Shown: positions 1 to 7,858 of the stretch, in pieces
Layout: every line of letters starts with the position of its first letter
Numbering within the stretch: the stretch's first letter is position 1
Virus record (IMG/VR): IMGVR_UViG_3300011118_000528
Location: 1 to 8,475 of that record
Length of the DNA stretch: 8,475 nucleotides
Direction: 5' to 3' (one strand)
Made by a program: the position numbers and the translations under genes
Notes under the pieces: generated by a model
Seen by the model: only the letters and a program-made list of their open reading frames with translations
The model's database searches: none
What the model was told of the DNA's origin: nothing

Positions 1-2360
1 ACAGCTTGGGTAAGTCTCCTCACTCCTCGCTGAGCCATGATAAGGTCGAAGTCAGTACTAGATATTCCTCTGAATACCCTCAATGCCTCATCAACTCCAC
101 CAAACGCCTTAGGATGCATAAGCTCAGCACCACCAAGGAAGCTCCTACCTGAATTCTCAAGATAATTGTAAGGGCCAAAGTTGGTGAACAGTAGTTGCCA
201 TCTAGCTACAGGCATTACTACCCTCCGCTCCATAGCTACCATACGAGCAGAGTATAATATCTTATCAGCTACCCGACTATGCCATGACGAAGACCTGCCA
301 GCCTGCTGCATCCACTTGGTAAGAGGACTGTGAAGATTGTTATATCGAGATAACTCCAGATAGCTACCTATCTTCTTAATCACCTGGTCTGCTGTATCAC
401 CCTTAAGAGCCTCAATAGCCGTGCGAGCAACACCCTTCTTGAACTTAGTTATCTCATATGCCAGCTTCCTAACCACAGCATCAGGTATATCACTCATACC
501 CATAATGTTAAGTATATTGCCTGCTGTTACCTTAGCACCCTGAGCACTAAAGGCATCGCACAGCTGACTGTTAATTCTAGCTAGTCGAGCAGTATCGAAT
601 ACTGCATCAGCTGATACAAAGCCCTTCAGGAACTTTGCTGCTGCTACATCATCTAGATAGTTAAACTCCATAGCAGATGTTCCAAGCCTAACTGCTGGAC
701 GAGTACCATGTTGAGGACTCTTCAATGCTGCTCCAATAGCTGCCTCAACAAGTTCATTAGCATCCTTACCAGTCATGCCTACCCCAAACTTGCCCCTTAT
801 ATCTTTATATGTTCTGCCAGCTACTGCAAAGAAGTCCTTGATACCTTGGTGTCCAAATCTTCTAGACATCTGAGTGAATGTTGCTGGTATAGTGTAGCCA
901 GCTCCAGTTAGCCAGAATGCACTTTTGATAGGAGCAGCAATTACCTTTAAGCCAGCCTTAAATACAGCATCCATTCCAGCAACATATCCATTCTCAAATG
1001 CTACCATCAGACTGCCAATTCTACTTCCTGCCCATTTGAGGCCTCTAGGGAGAACCATCTTAGTAAGTTTACTGCCAACAGCTGCTACTCCTCCCCAGCC
1101 TAACCACATTAGAGGGTCGTAGGCAGAATCCAATATCATCTTCTTCCACCAAGGAGCTTCCCACTCATTGAAAGCCTTAGCATACGAAGACCATGCACTC
1201 TCACCCAGTTCTCGGTAGAACTCATAATGTACTGTTAGTTCCTTATCAGCATCGGATTCAAAGGCAGCAAATATGCCAGCACCACCAATGGCTCCTACTA
1301 TAGCTCCTATGGCTGCTCCAACAGGAATACTAGCACCAAAGCTAAAAGGAGCAAGCATTGCACCTACCGCACCTCCAGCTGCAGCACCTAATGCTACGCC
1401 ATGAACTGCTCCAGCAGCAGGAGCAGGCATATTCATCATTATAGCAGCAGAGATAGGTCTACTGATTTTATCCCACCACTTCTGCATAACTTCCACAGTA
1501 GCCATCATAGGCTGAGTCACCACTAGCTTCAAATAATCCAGTGGAGCTAGTTCTGGTGCTTCAGCCAATATTTCACCTGCTCGGATAAGGCTCATCCTAG
1601 CTGCCTCAATCTCCCATTCTCGTGCTCTCTCAGCAAGCCACTCCTGCTGACTCAATAACTCCTCATCTTCTATCTCCATCTCGCTAAGAATACCCCTAAC
1701 ATCCTCTGCAGTCATTCCAGCTGGAAGCTCAGCCACACCAAAGACAAATGCCTTAGCTATCTCATCTACGGTAAGACGATGAACTCCCTTCATCTCTACC
1801 TCAGGCTCTGTCAATATCTCATTGAGTATGTTAGCCTGAGCATCAAGAACATCACCTCGGTAGTCAACCGGCAGAACATTTGATAGATGCTCAAGCTTGC
1901 CATAAGTTTCATTGAGCCAAGCAGTATCAGCAGCACTCAGCTCAACTCCAGGTGCTACATACTGTAATATATCCTCAGGCTTTTCTATTATATAGTTAGG
2001 GTCTGACAGATATACTGGCAGCACCTGCATAACCTCTAGCTTCCACTCAGCTGTTTGAAATAATACAGCAGCAGCATCAAACTCAGCTATAGCCTGCTCC
2101 TTAAGCTTCTCCAATGGAGCATATTCTCCAGCCTTAGAGAGTAAATCAGGCCAATGAAAAAGCTCTAAGAGCTTTCCAAACCAGCTTGTAACCTCAGGAG
2201 TAGATACAGGTAGCTTCACTTCAGCCTGCTGCAGCTTACCATATAATTGCTGTAGCTCTACCCCTATCTGCTCAAACTCAGCACCAAAGCCAGTATAGTA
2301 TTCTGGTGGCTCGACAGGAGGAGGTAATTTTTCTTTTGTTTCTTCTTTTGTTTCTGCCAT
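1..2360 (-). CDS. Large (>786 aa, runs off left edge) putative internal virion/DNA ejection protein with glycine-zipper hydrophobic hairpin
   Basis: Manual translation from ATG at 2360-2358 (MAETKEETKEKLPPPVEPPEYYTGFG...) shows no stop to position 1 (...AQRGVRRLTQAV). SD-like AGGAGAG upstream; 1 nt after the portal stop. Acidic helical N-terminus, GxxxG hairpin at aa 317-367, then DPLMWLGWGG. The ORF is solid; the function is inferred. Confidence 0.75.
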   Translation of the reverse strand, partial: MAETKEETKEKLPPPVEPPEYYTGFGAEFEQIGVELQQLYGKLQQAEVKLPVSTPEVTSWFGKLLELFHWPDLLSKAGEYAPLEKLKEQAIAEFDAAAVLFQTAEWKLEVMQVLPVYLSDPNYIIEKPEDILQYVAPGVELSAADTAWLNETYGKLEHLSNVLPVDYRGDVLDAQANILNEILTEPEVEMKGVHRLTVDEIAKAFVFGVAELPAGMTAEDVRGILSEMEIEDEELLSQQEWLAERAREWEIEAARMSLIRAGEILAEAPELAPLDYLKLVVTQPMMATVEVMQKWWDKISRPISAAIMMNMPAPAAGAVHGVALGAAAGGAVGAMLAPFSFGASIPVGAAIGAIVGAIGGAGIFAAFESDADKELTVHYEFYRELGESAWSSYAKAFNEWEAPWWKKMILDSAYDPLMWLGWGGVAAVGSKLTKMVLPRGLKWAGSRIGSLMVAFENGYVAGMDAVFKAGLKVIAAPIKSAFWLTGAGYTIPATFTQMSRRFGHQGIKDFFAVAGRTYKDIRGKFGVGMTGKDANELVEAAIGAALKSPQHGTRPAVRLGTSAMEFNYLDDVAAAKFLKGFVSADAVFDTARLARINSQLCDAFSAQGAKVTAGNILNIMGMSDIPDAVVRKLAYEITKFKKGVARTAIEALKGDTADQVIKKIGSYLELSRYNNLHSPLTKWMQQAGRSSSWHSRVADKILYSARMVAMERRVVMPVARWQLLFTNFGPYNYLENSGRSFLGGAELMHPKAFGGVDEALRVFRGISSTDFDLIMAQRGVRRLTQA
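2331..2354. repeat. Perfect 12-bp tandem duplication (ttcttttgtttc x2) encoding ETKE-ETKE
   Basis: Read directly; in frame at the N-terminus of the large ORF. Confidence 0.85.
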
Positions 2361-2361
2361 T

Positions 2362-4152
2362 TTACTCTCCTAATCTAGGCATTGGGCCTCTGCCACTAGT
2401 TAACTGTGGCGCTGCTCCAGGCCTAGCTGTTTGTTGAGTGGGAGCTGCTTGTTCTTCAGGTTGAGGCATCAGTTGCTGCATTACCATAGCAGACATCAGT
2501 TCATAAAGCTTCGAGCCTTTGGCATCACCATGCTTTGCTAAGAATGCAGCCTGCTCATCATAATATCTAATCAAAGCTGCCATAGAATTAGTTGGATGTA
2601 GCGCTGCTTTATCTGCCAGTACTTGTGCTCTCTCTTGCATTGTATCTTCGACATCAGGAAAGAGCTTAGCCATTACATAAGTATAACTCAGCTCAAAAGT
2701 TGGGTTAATCATTCTGGCTGTAGTTGCTCTCTGTATCAGGTCGCCAGGTATCTCCACTTCATAATCGGCTGACACCATACTATATTCAGGAAGGGCAGTA
2801 GGATACTTCCAGCCATAAGGCCTAAGTCCTCTCTCCTTAATATCCTGCAAGTCGTCATTGTCCATGTCTGATAGAGCAGCTATTATCGCCTGATGAAAAG
2901 GCTTCATTACTTGGTTGGCTGAGGCTGCTATCTGACTCATAACATAAGCAGTTATTTGTCCAGCAACCGCACCGTGCATAGCCCAGCTAACTCCACCTCT
3001 CTGCATCATGGCTTCAAGGTCAAGCTGAGTGCTTCTGAGTTCCAACGGTATAGGCGGTGTACCTAGGAAGGTAACATCATCATCAGCAGTACCTCGGAAG
3101 ATTGCTCCTCGCTTGAAGACATCCTCAGGCTTGACGATAGACTTACCACTCCTGCTCCGCTCAAATATTCTGGGTTGGGCAGTGTCCCTCAATAGCTGTA
3201 GACTGAAACTCCACCACTTATTCCAGGTTCGGTAGATGTTCTCATTGGTTGCTAGGATAGATTGACCGAGTTCAGCCTTCCATCTGTCAACCGTTGCACC
3301 AGACTTGGCATTCTGTTCCTGAACCTTCAGTGTAGATGAGTATGTCTCACCAACTGTTCCTCCTTCTGTCAAACTTCCCATATCAGGAAGACCGCCAACT
3401 GGAGATACATAAATAGGTATTCTCTTAAATCTTGTCTGTTCGTACTTGACAAGCTTATTGCCTATTACTATGGCATTCCAGATAGACATGATATAGGGGA
3501 ACTCGTCTGATATATCAGTCCACCAGTAGTCATACACAGTTACATTGCCTTTTCCGTAAGCTGCTACCCACTGATTGGGAGGACTACCGAGGTCCCAGTT
3601 ATTAGCCATAGTTATGTGAATTGCTGATAGCGGACTAATGCTAAAGACACGAGCTACCTCGGACATCCCAAGCATAGCATCCCACATCGGATAGACTTCC
3701 ATGGGATTCAAAGGTTCTTTGTAAGTCCGCTTGCCATCATCTGACATCATACTAATCATAGCATACCAGCCAGTAGCTAGCAGAAATCCAATGAATGTTC
3801 TATTCAAACCTTGTCTTGGATTGGCTCTCCTGAAGGTGTTCTGAGCATCCTGCCAATGAGTCTTGAAGTACTTCCCAACCTCAGCTACGGCAGAAGCTAT
3901 CTCAAGGTCGGTTATGTCATAGTTCTTAACTCTATGAGGGATATCAGTATCAAGGAGATGGAGTACAAGATTATAAAGTGCCCGAGGGTCATTACCTACA
4001 AAGGATTCCATCTTCTCGGTCTTCAGCTCATCAACCATCTCAATAAGCCTATACCAGCGCTTCATAGCCTTGTTCCTAGGCTCCCAGAATGTTTTAAGGT
4101 TATTACAGCGTGTGATTATCTGCTGTGTTTTGTCTGCATAAGTTGTAACCAT
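2362..4152 (-). CDS. Portal protein (head-tail connector, P22/T7-like podovirus type), 596 aa
   Basis: Size and position downstream of TerL; portal-like segments LNPMEVYP, VYDYW, RIPIYVSPVGGLP, LGQSILATNENIYRTWNK...LLRDTAQP; low-complexity Q/P/A C-terminal tail; SD AAGGAG before the ATG. Confidence 0.8.
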   Translation of the reverse strand: MVTTYADKTQQIITRCNNLKTFWEPRNKAMKRWYRLIEMVDELKTEKMESFVGNDPRALYNLVLHLLDTDIPHRVKNYDITDLEIASAVAEVGKYFKTHWQDAQNTFRRANPRQGLNRTFIGFLLATGWYAMISMMSDDGKRTYKEPLNPMEVYPMWDAMLGMSEVARVFSISPLSAIHITMANNWDLGSPPNQWVAAYGKGNVTVYDYWWTDISDEFPYIMSIWNAIVIGNKLVKYEQTRFKRIPIYVSPVGGLPDMGSLTEGGTVGETYSSTLKVQEQNAKSGATVDRWKAELGQSILATNENIYRTWNKWWSFSLQLLRDTAQPRIFERSRSGKSIVKPEDVFKRGAIFRGTADDDVTFLGTPPIPLELRSTQLDLEAMMQRGGVSWAMHGAVAGQITAYVMSQIAASANQVMKPFHQAIIAALSDMDNDDLQDIKERGLRPYGWKYPTALPEYSMVSADYEVEIPGDLIQRATTARMINPTFELSYTYVMAKLFPDVEDTMQERAQVLADKAALHPTNSMAALIRYYDEQAAFLAKHGDAKGSKLYELMSAMVMQQLMPQPEEQAAPTQQTARPGAAPQLTSGRGPMPRLGE

Positions 4153-4163
4153 ATTATTTCTCC

Positions 4164-4406
4164 TTATAGTATAGTCCCCAACACTAACCTAACGGCTCCT
4201 GCAATAGCAAATATAAGCCCAGCAAAGCCGACTGCAGTTCCAAAGATATAGTAATGGTACTCCTTCTTTATCATATTCTTTACCTTAGTACCTGACTCAT
4301 ATCTTGGCTGCCAAGGACAGAATCCTTCACCAATGCCTATGATGATAGTATGCCACTCTTCAGGAGTATTCATAAAGGTATATGCCCACTTAAACGGAGG
4401 AATCAT
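4164..4406 (-). CDS. Small membrane protein, 80 aa, with two ExHxxIxGxxxGF repeats; function unknown
   Basis: ATGA overlap with the upstream stop (4403-4406); C-terminal hydrophobic helix YYIFGTAVGFAGLIFAIAGAVRLVLGTIL; fills the operon gap exactly. Confidence 0.75.
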   Translation of the reverse strand: MIPPFKWAYTFMNTPEEWHTIIIGIGEGFCPWQPRYESGTKVKNMIKKEYHYYIFGTAVGFAGLIFAIAGAVRLVLGTIL

Positions 4407-4987
4407 ATTATTACAACTGCTCCTTCTAGAGGATAGAACTGAGGTGCGTGTTCTTCATGGAAGAATAGATTGTCAGTCTGAGGCTCAAGCAGCATTACCT
4501 TGCCATTAGGAAATATCACCAGATTGTAGGCATGACCAGACTTATAATCTAATACTATACCAACCTGATTAACTCCCCACTGGTCAGAGCTAGCTTTGAG
4601 TGAGATAGCAAAGTTGCCGCAGCGGTAGAACTTGTGATACTCAAATGAGTCAACCCAATCCCAGGCTATAAAGTCAATGAATGTATCCTTGTCAACTAGA
4701 TGAAACTCAGCGCCAAGAGGAAGCCTTATAACAGGAGCATTTATCTTTGCAAGGATACTACTAACCCAGACAGTGTCCTTCTCTACAATGTTCGTGAGTT
4801 CTGGAGGAGCAGGCCTAGGTACAAGTAGCTTAAGCTTCTTTATCATATCATCCGCCTTAGCCAGTTCTGCATCAAGGTCTATCAGCCTCTTTTGGCATTG
4901 AGCATAGTTAGCAGAGCACCGCTCATACTTCTGCTTAGAGCCTGAGCAGAACAAGTTGTCAATAAACTCCTGCCATCTAAAAGCCAC
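4403..4987 (-). CDS. Papain/transglutaminase-like cysteine peptidase (resembles the MOA agglutinin C-terminal domain) with N-terminal coiled coil, 194 aa
   Basis: GTG start with SD AAGGAG at 7-nt spacing; motifs YRC123GNFA, GH152AYN, LLE168PQTD match the Cys-His-Glu triad pattern (DCDDFA...HAxN...EPQxD); Pro-rich linker PRPAPP separates the domains. Confidence 0.75.
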   Translation of the reverse strand: MAFRWQEFIDNLFCSGSKQKYERCSANYAQCQKRLIDLDAELAKADDMIKKLKLLVPRPAPPELTNIVEKDTVWVSSILAKINAPVIRLPLGAEFHLVDKDTFIDFIAWDWVDSFEYHKFYRCGNFAISLKASSDQWGVNQVGIVLDYKSGHAYNLVIFPNGKVMLLEPQTDNLFFHEEHAPQFYPLEGAVVII

Positions 4988-5177
4988 TGTCTCGCTCCTT
5001 CTTGTGTGCTATTGTTCGCTCAGCAAACCACCAAGTAATAATCGGAATAGCCATACTCAGAAACCAAGTTGGCAGAGTCCTCCCGCTTGATACACAGTCG
5101 GCTATTACCGCAGCAAAGATGATAGTAACTGCAGGTCTTGGTAGCGCCCTAATAAAGTTACCTAACCAATCATTCAT
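4977..5177 (-). CDS. Putative holin, 2 TM helices, 66 aa
   Basis: Two hydrophobic segments (PAVTIIFAAVIA; WFLSMAIPIITWWF), RPxxT and WWFxxR motifs reminiscent of the GTA 3TM-holin-like family, charged C-terminal tail; SD AAGGAG. Confidence 0.6.
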   Translation of the reverse strand: MNDWLGNFIRALPRPAVTIIFAAVIADCVSSGRTLPTWFLSMAIPIITWWFAERTIAHKKERDSGF

Positions 5178-5186
5178 GTTACTCCT

Positions 5187-6866
5187 TTATCCCCAGCCTT
5201 CAGGCCAGCCTGCTGAACCGACATAACCTCGCTGGACTGGCTGAGCATCTCGACATACTATTCCTATTGCTCCGCAGTCATGGTGGTCGTCTGCACCTAC
5301 TACAAGAATACCACTCTTGATTGAGGCATTTCTGCGGATATTCTTACACTGACTCCAGAACCTCAAATCCTGACAGTCAATATGGTCAAGGTGTCTGCTA
5401 ACCTCAGTAATCATATAGGGCTTAGTTGATAAGTTGGTTTGCCAACCTACAGCTCTAATTAGTTTCCCTGTCCGCACATCCTCTCGCCAATACAAATCTG
5501 GCCAATCTCTCAGATGACTAACTATATCCAGATTGTCCTCAGGTGCTATGACTGCCCCATTGTAGTAGCGAGCCACTTCTTTCATTAGTATAGCCATCTC
5601 CCACTCATCATAGAAGCCTGCCAGTGTAGCACAGTGTCTCATAATAGGCGGTATCTCCTTACCTTCCTTATCGGTATATCCGTCCTCAAAGTGCCAGACA
5701 TGGCCTACTGACTCTGATGTCTTCCCCTTACCTGGGTCTATGGGAACTACATAGCTTAGCCCTTCCTCTACATCCTGCCAGATATCCAGAGTAGCTGACA
5801 CAACACCTTTGGTTTGACTATCAACTCCAGTAATAGGTAATTGCTTCTGAGCAGGGATACATTGTCGAACCTTATCAGTTATGATGTCAGAGCTGTAGGC
5901 TTGGTCGCCAGCAACAAGAAAACAGCTCTCATCATCTTCAGGAAATTCTTGCTCGAATAGCAGAACCGTATCACCGCTCCGTCTCAGACTTGCCATCTCC
6001 GCCTTCTTGTATCTCCTCCATCGGAGTTTAGCCATAGACTCAAATTCAGAAAAGCCATACTCATACAGAAACCGCTTCATCAGTATTACTTCATCTGACT
6101 TCAAGTTTGGCAGGGGTTCTACATCATCTCCGTCAAGACAGAAAGGGTCATCTACATACATCACATACTCAGGATGGATAAACCAGGTATAGAAGTGGTG
6201 TTTGTAGACTGACTGTCCAACTGTTGTTCCTTCCTTAGCTGCCCTATACATATCACAGTGAGGATTGTCTTCACCGTTAGCAGTTGATTGGACTCTGATT
6301 TTAGTTCCAAGCTTCATCGGCACACGCTGAACAGCAGAGCTAAATACTTGCTCTTGAGTCCCGATTAGCCAGAAGGCAAACTCATCCATTAGTAGATTAT
6401 GTATAGCTTCTCCTCTACCAAGTGTATAACTCCTTGAGCTGAAGATATACATGATAGAATAGAAGTTATTATCCTGACTCTCCCATGTTAGTTCCTCAGC
6501 ACTCTTATGGTCTAACTTAGCAACTGAGGGTATCTTTCTTTCCAGATGCTGATGAAAGCGCTTAGCCTTGATGATAAGCCGTTTAGCGCTAGTCTCATCG
6601 TAGCTAATGATAACTGAGACAGTTCCATTGATAGTAATGTTGTCAAGATAGAAGTCTGCCAGATGCAATGATGTAGCACCCACCTGAGCTGGCTTAACAT
6701 AGATGTCTCGAGGACCTGAGTTATCCAGCATATCTGCCTGAATAGGGTTAAGGATAAACGGCACAAGCTGACGCTCCTTGTTCTCTATCTGCAGTAGCGA
6801 CTCCATCATGAGCCGTCTGTTAGAGAATAGGGCTTCTACAGCTTCGTCTTTATTAACAGCTTGCAC
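5187..6866 (-). CDS. terL: Terminase large subunit, 559 aa
   Basis: GTG start with SD GGGAGG; adenine-binding PFILNPIQ, P-loop YVKPAQVGATS, GRG...LLMDEFAFW (Walker B), STANG coupling motif, WRRxK...FEQEFP, RNase H-like nuclease residues YVVPIDPGKG, APEDN, GADDHHD. Confidence 0.95.
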   Translation of the reverse strand: MQAVNKDEAVEALFSNRRLMMESLLQIENKERQLVPFILNPIQADMLDNSGPRDIYVKPAQVGATSLHLADFYLDNITINGTVSVIISYDETSAKRLIIKAKRFHQHLERKIPSVAKLDHKSAEELTWESQDNNFYSIMYIFSSRSYTLGRGEAIHNLLMDEFAFWLIGTQEQVFSSAVQRVPMKLGTKIRVQSTANGEDNPHCDMYRAAKEGTTVGQSVYKHHFYTWFIHPEYVMYVDDPFCLDGDDVEPLPNLKSDEVILMKRFLYEYGFSEFESMAKLRWRRYKKAEMASLRRSGDTVLLFEQEFPEDDESCFLVAGDQAYSSDIITDKVRQCIPAQKQLPITGVDSQTKGVVSATLDIWQDVEEGLSYVVPIDPGKGKTSESVGHVWHFEDGYTDKEGKEIPPIMRHCATLAGFYDEWEMAILMKEVARYYNGAVIAPEDNLDIVSHLRDWPDLYWREDVRTGKLIRAVGWQTNLSTKPYMITEVSRHLDHIDCQDLRFWSQCKNIRRNASIKSGILVVGADDHHDCGAIGIVCRDAQPVQRGYVGSAGWPEGWG

Positions 6867-6868
6867 TA

Positions 6869-7111
6869 TTACTTTATCCTCCCATTTAATCTGATAAGGA
6901 GCGTAGTAAGCTCCGTTACTGCTTTAGTAAGTCCCTCACGAGATTCCTGGTCTCGGTCAATAATGTTCTTCATCTGATCTTGCATAAATACCCTATCCTG
7001 CCTTATCTGCTCCGTACTACTCTTCCTATCTCTCCTATACATTATGAAGATGATTACTGCTAATGCTCCTCCTACACCAAGACTGCATATAGCTTCAATA
7101 GGTATCTCCAT
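6869..7111 (-). CDS. Single-TM plus coiled-coil protein, BhlA/UviB-like holin architecture, 80 aa
   Basis: N-terminal TM (SLGVGGALAVIIFIMY) followed by RRDRK and a heptad-like helix; TAATG overlap at 7111; SD AAGGAG. Confidence 0.55.
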   Translation of the reverse strand: MEIPIEAICSLGVGGALAVIIFIMYRRDRKSSTEQIRQDRVFMQDQMKNIIDRDQESREGLTKAVTELTTLLIRLNGRIK

Positions 7112-7317
7112 TATCTACTCCTTGTTCTCAGCTTAATTGGTGCTCTGGTACGGACTGATGGTTTGCTAAAAATCTGTCGTTTCCTTGTTTCTCTTCCAAC
7201 ACTACGAGGTTCCTTACGACCAATCCTTGCCTGCTGTGCTCTCTGGATATTTCGTCTGCTAGCTTGCCGAGCCTTAACGGTTATAGTCCTAGCTACCCTA
7301 GCTCTGTATTTCGCCAT
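7111..7317 (-). CDS. Small highly basic protein, 68 aa, putative nucleic-acid-binding
   Basis: 18 Arg + 6 Lys versus 2 Glu; fills the gap between terS and the next gene, with a 20-bp overlap upstream and TAATG coupling downstream. Confidence 0.7.
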   Translation of the reverse strand: MAKYRARVARTITVKARQASRRNIQRAQQARIGRKEPRSVGRETRKRQIFSKPSVRTRAPIKLRTRSR

Positions 7318-7858
7318 CAGGAGGTTTGTCCCTTACTGTTACCTTGTCTGTTCGGCTAAATTCAAGAATCTTATCTTGGTTATCAGCCACTAACTTAGCA
7401 AAGTTAAATTCTCCACTTCCAACACCCTTCATAACTTGTTCCAGTATCTGTAACTGTTGTGGAGTGTATGCTGAGCGGAGCTTGAGCAAGTATTCATGGC
7501 TCTGTTTAGGCAGGACTTCATTGTAGATAGCCTGCTTGAGTATTCGGTAGTCCTTCTCCAACACTAACCTGAAGTTGCGGAAGAAGTCCAACTCAATGTA
7601 CTCCTTGCTTAATTCCTTCCTAATCTCAGGAACCTGAAGCTCGATAACATTAAAGCCTTCATCCTGCCGCTGCTCCTCCAGCCAACCAACAGTTAGCCCA
7701 AGCATATAGAGTGATTCTTCTGGGTTGAAGCCACAGGCTAGATAGCCCATGTATCTTGCTCGGTTATCGTCTTTTCTCCAGGGTATAAGCGTAGTTGCAA
7801 TGCTAACTTCTTTTGGAGTATCAGAGCCTGTAGGCAGAATCGCCTTAGAATTATCCAT
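7298..7858 (-). CDS. terS: Putative terminase small subunit (HTH plus helical oligomerisation region), 186 aa
   Basis: Start revised to ATG 7858 (MDNSKAIL..., SD-like AAGGGT, 8-bp overlap with the upstream stop); HTH-like RARYMGYLACGFNPEESLYMLGLTVGWLEEQRQDEGF; size and position upstream of terL. Confidence 0.6.
   Translation of the reverse strand: MDNSKAILPTGSDTPKEVSIATTLIPWRKDDNRARYMGYLACGFNPEESLYMLGLTVGWLEEQRQDEGFNVIELQVPEIRKELSKEYIELDFFRNFRLVLEKDYRILKQAIYNEVLPKQSHEYLLKLRSAYTPQQLQILEQVMKGVGSGEFNFAKLVADNQDKILEFSRTDKVTVRDKPPDGEIQS

Noticed and set aside
708-1122. Plus-strand ORFs 708..911 and 925..1122
   Set aside because: Antisense shadows of the long minus-strand ORF; no recognisable motifs.
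3029-4251. Plus-strand ORFs 3029..3235 and 3811..4251
   Set aside because: Antisense to the portal and the 80-aa gene; no protein-like features.
4940-4987. Lipobox in the peptidase N-terminus (NLFC-SG), spanin-like
   Set aside because: No hydrophobic h-region before the Cys; acidic residues present.
5002-7526. ORFs 5002..5226(+), 6007..6192(+), 6512..6766(-), 7163..7393(+), 7326..7526(+)
   Set aside because: Antisense or out-of-frame within better-supported operon genes.
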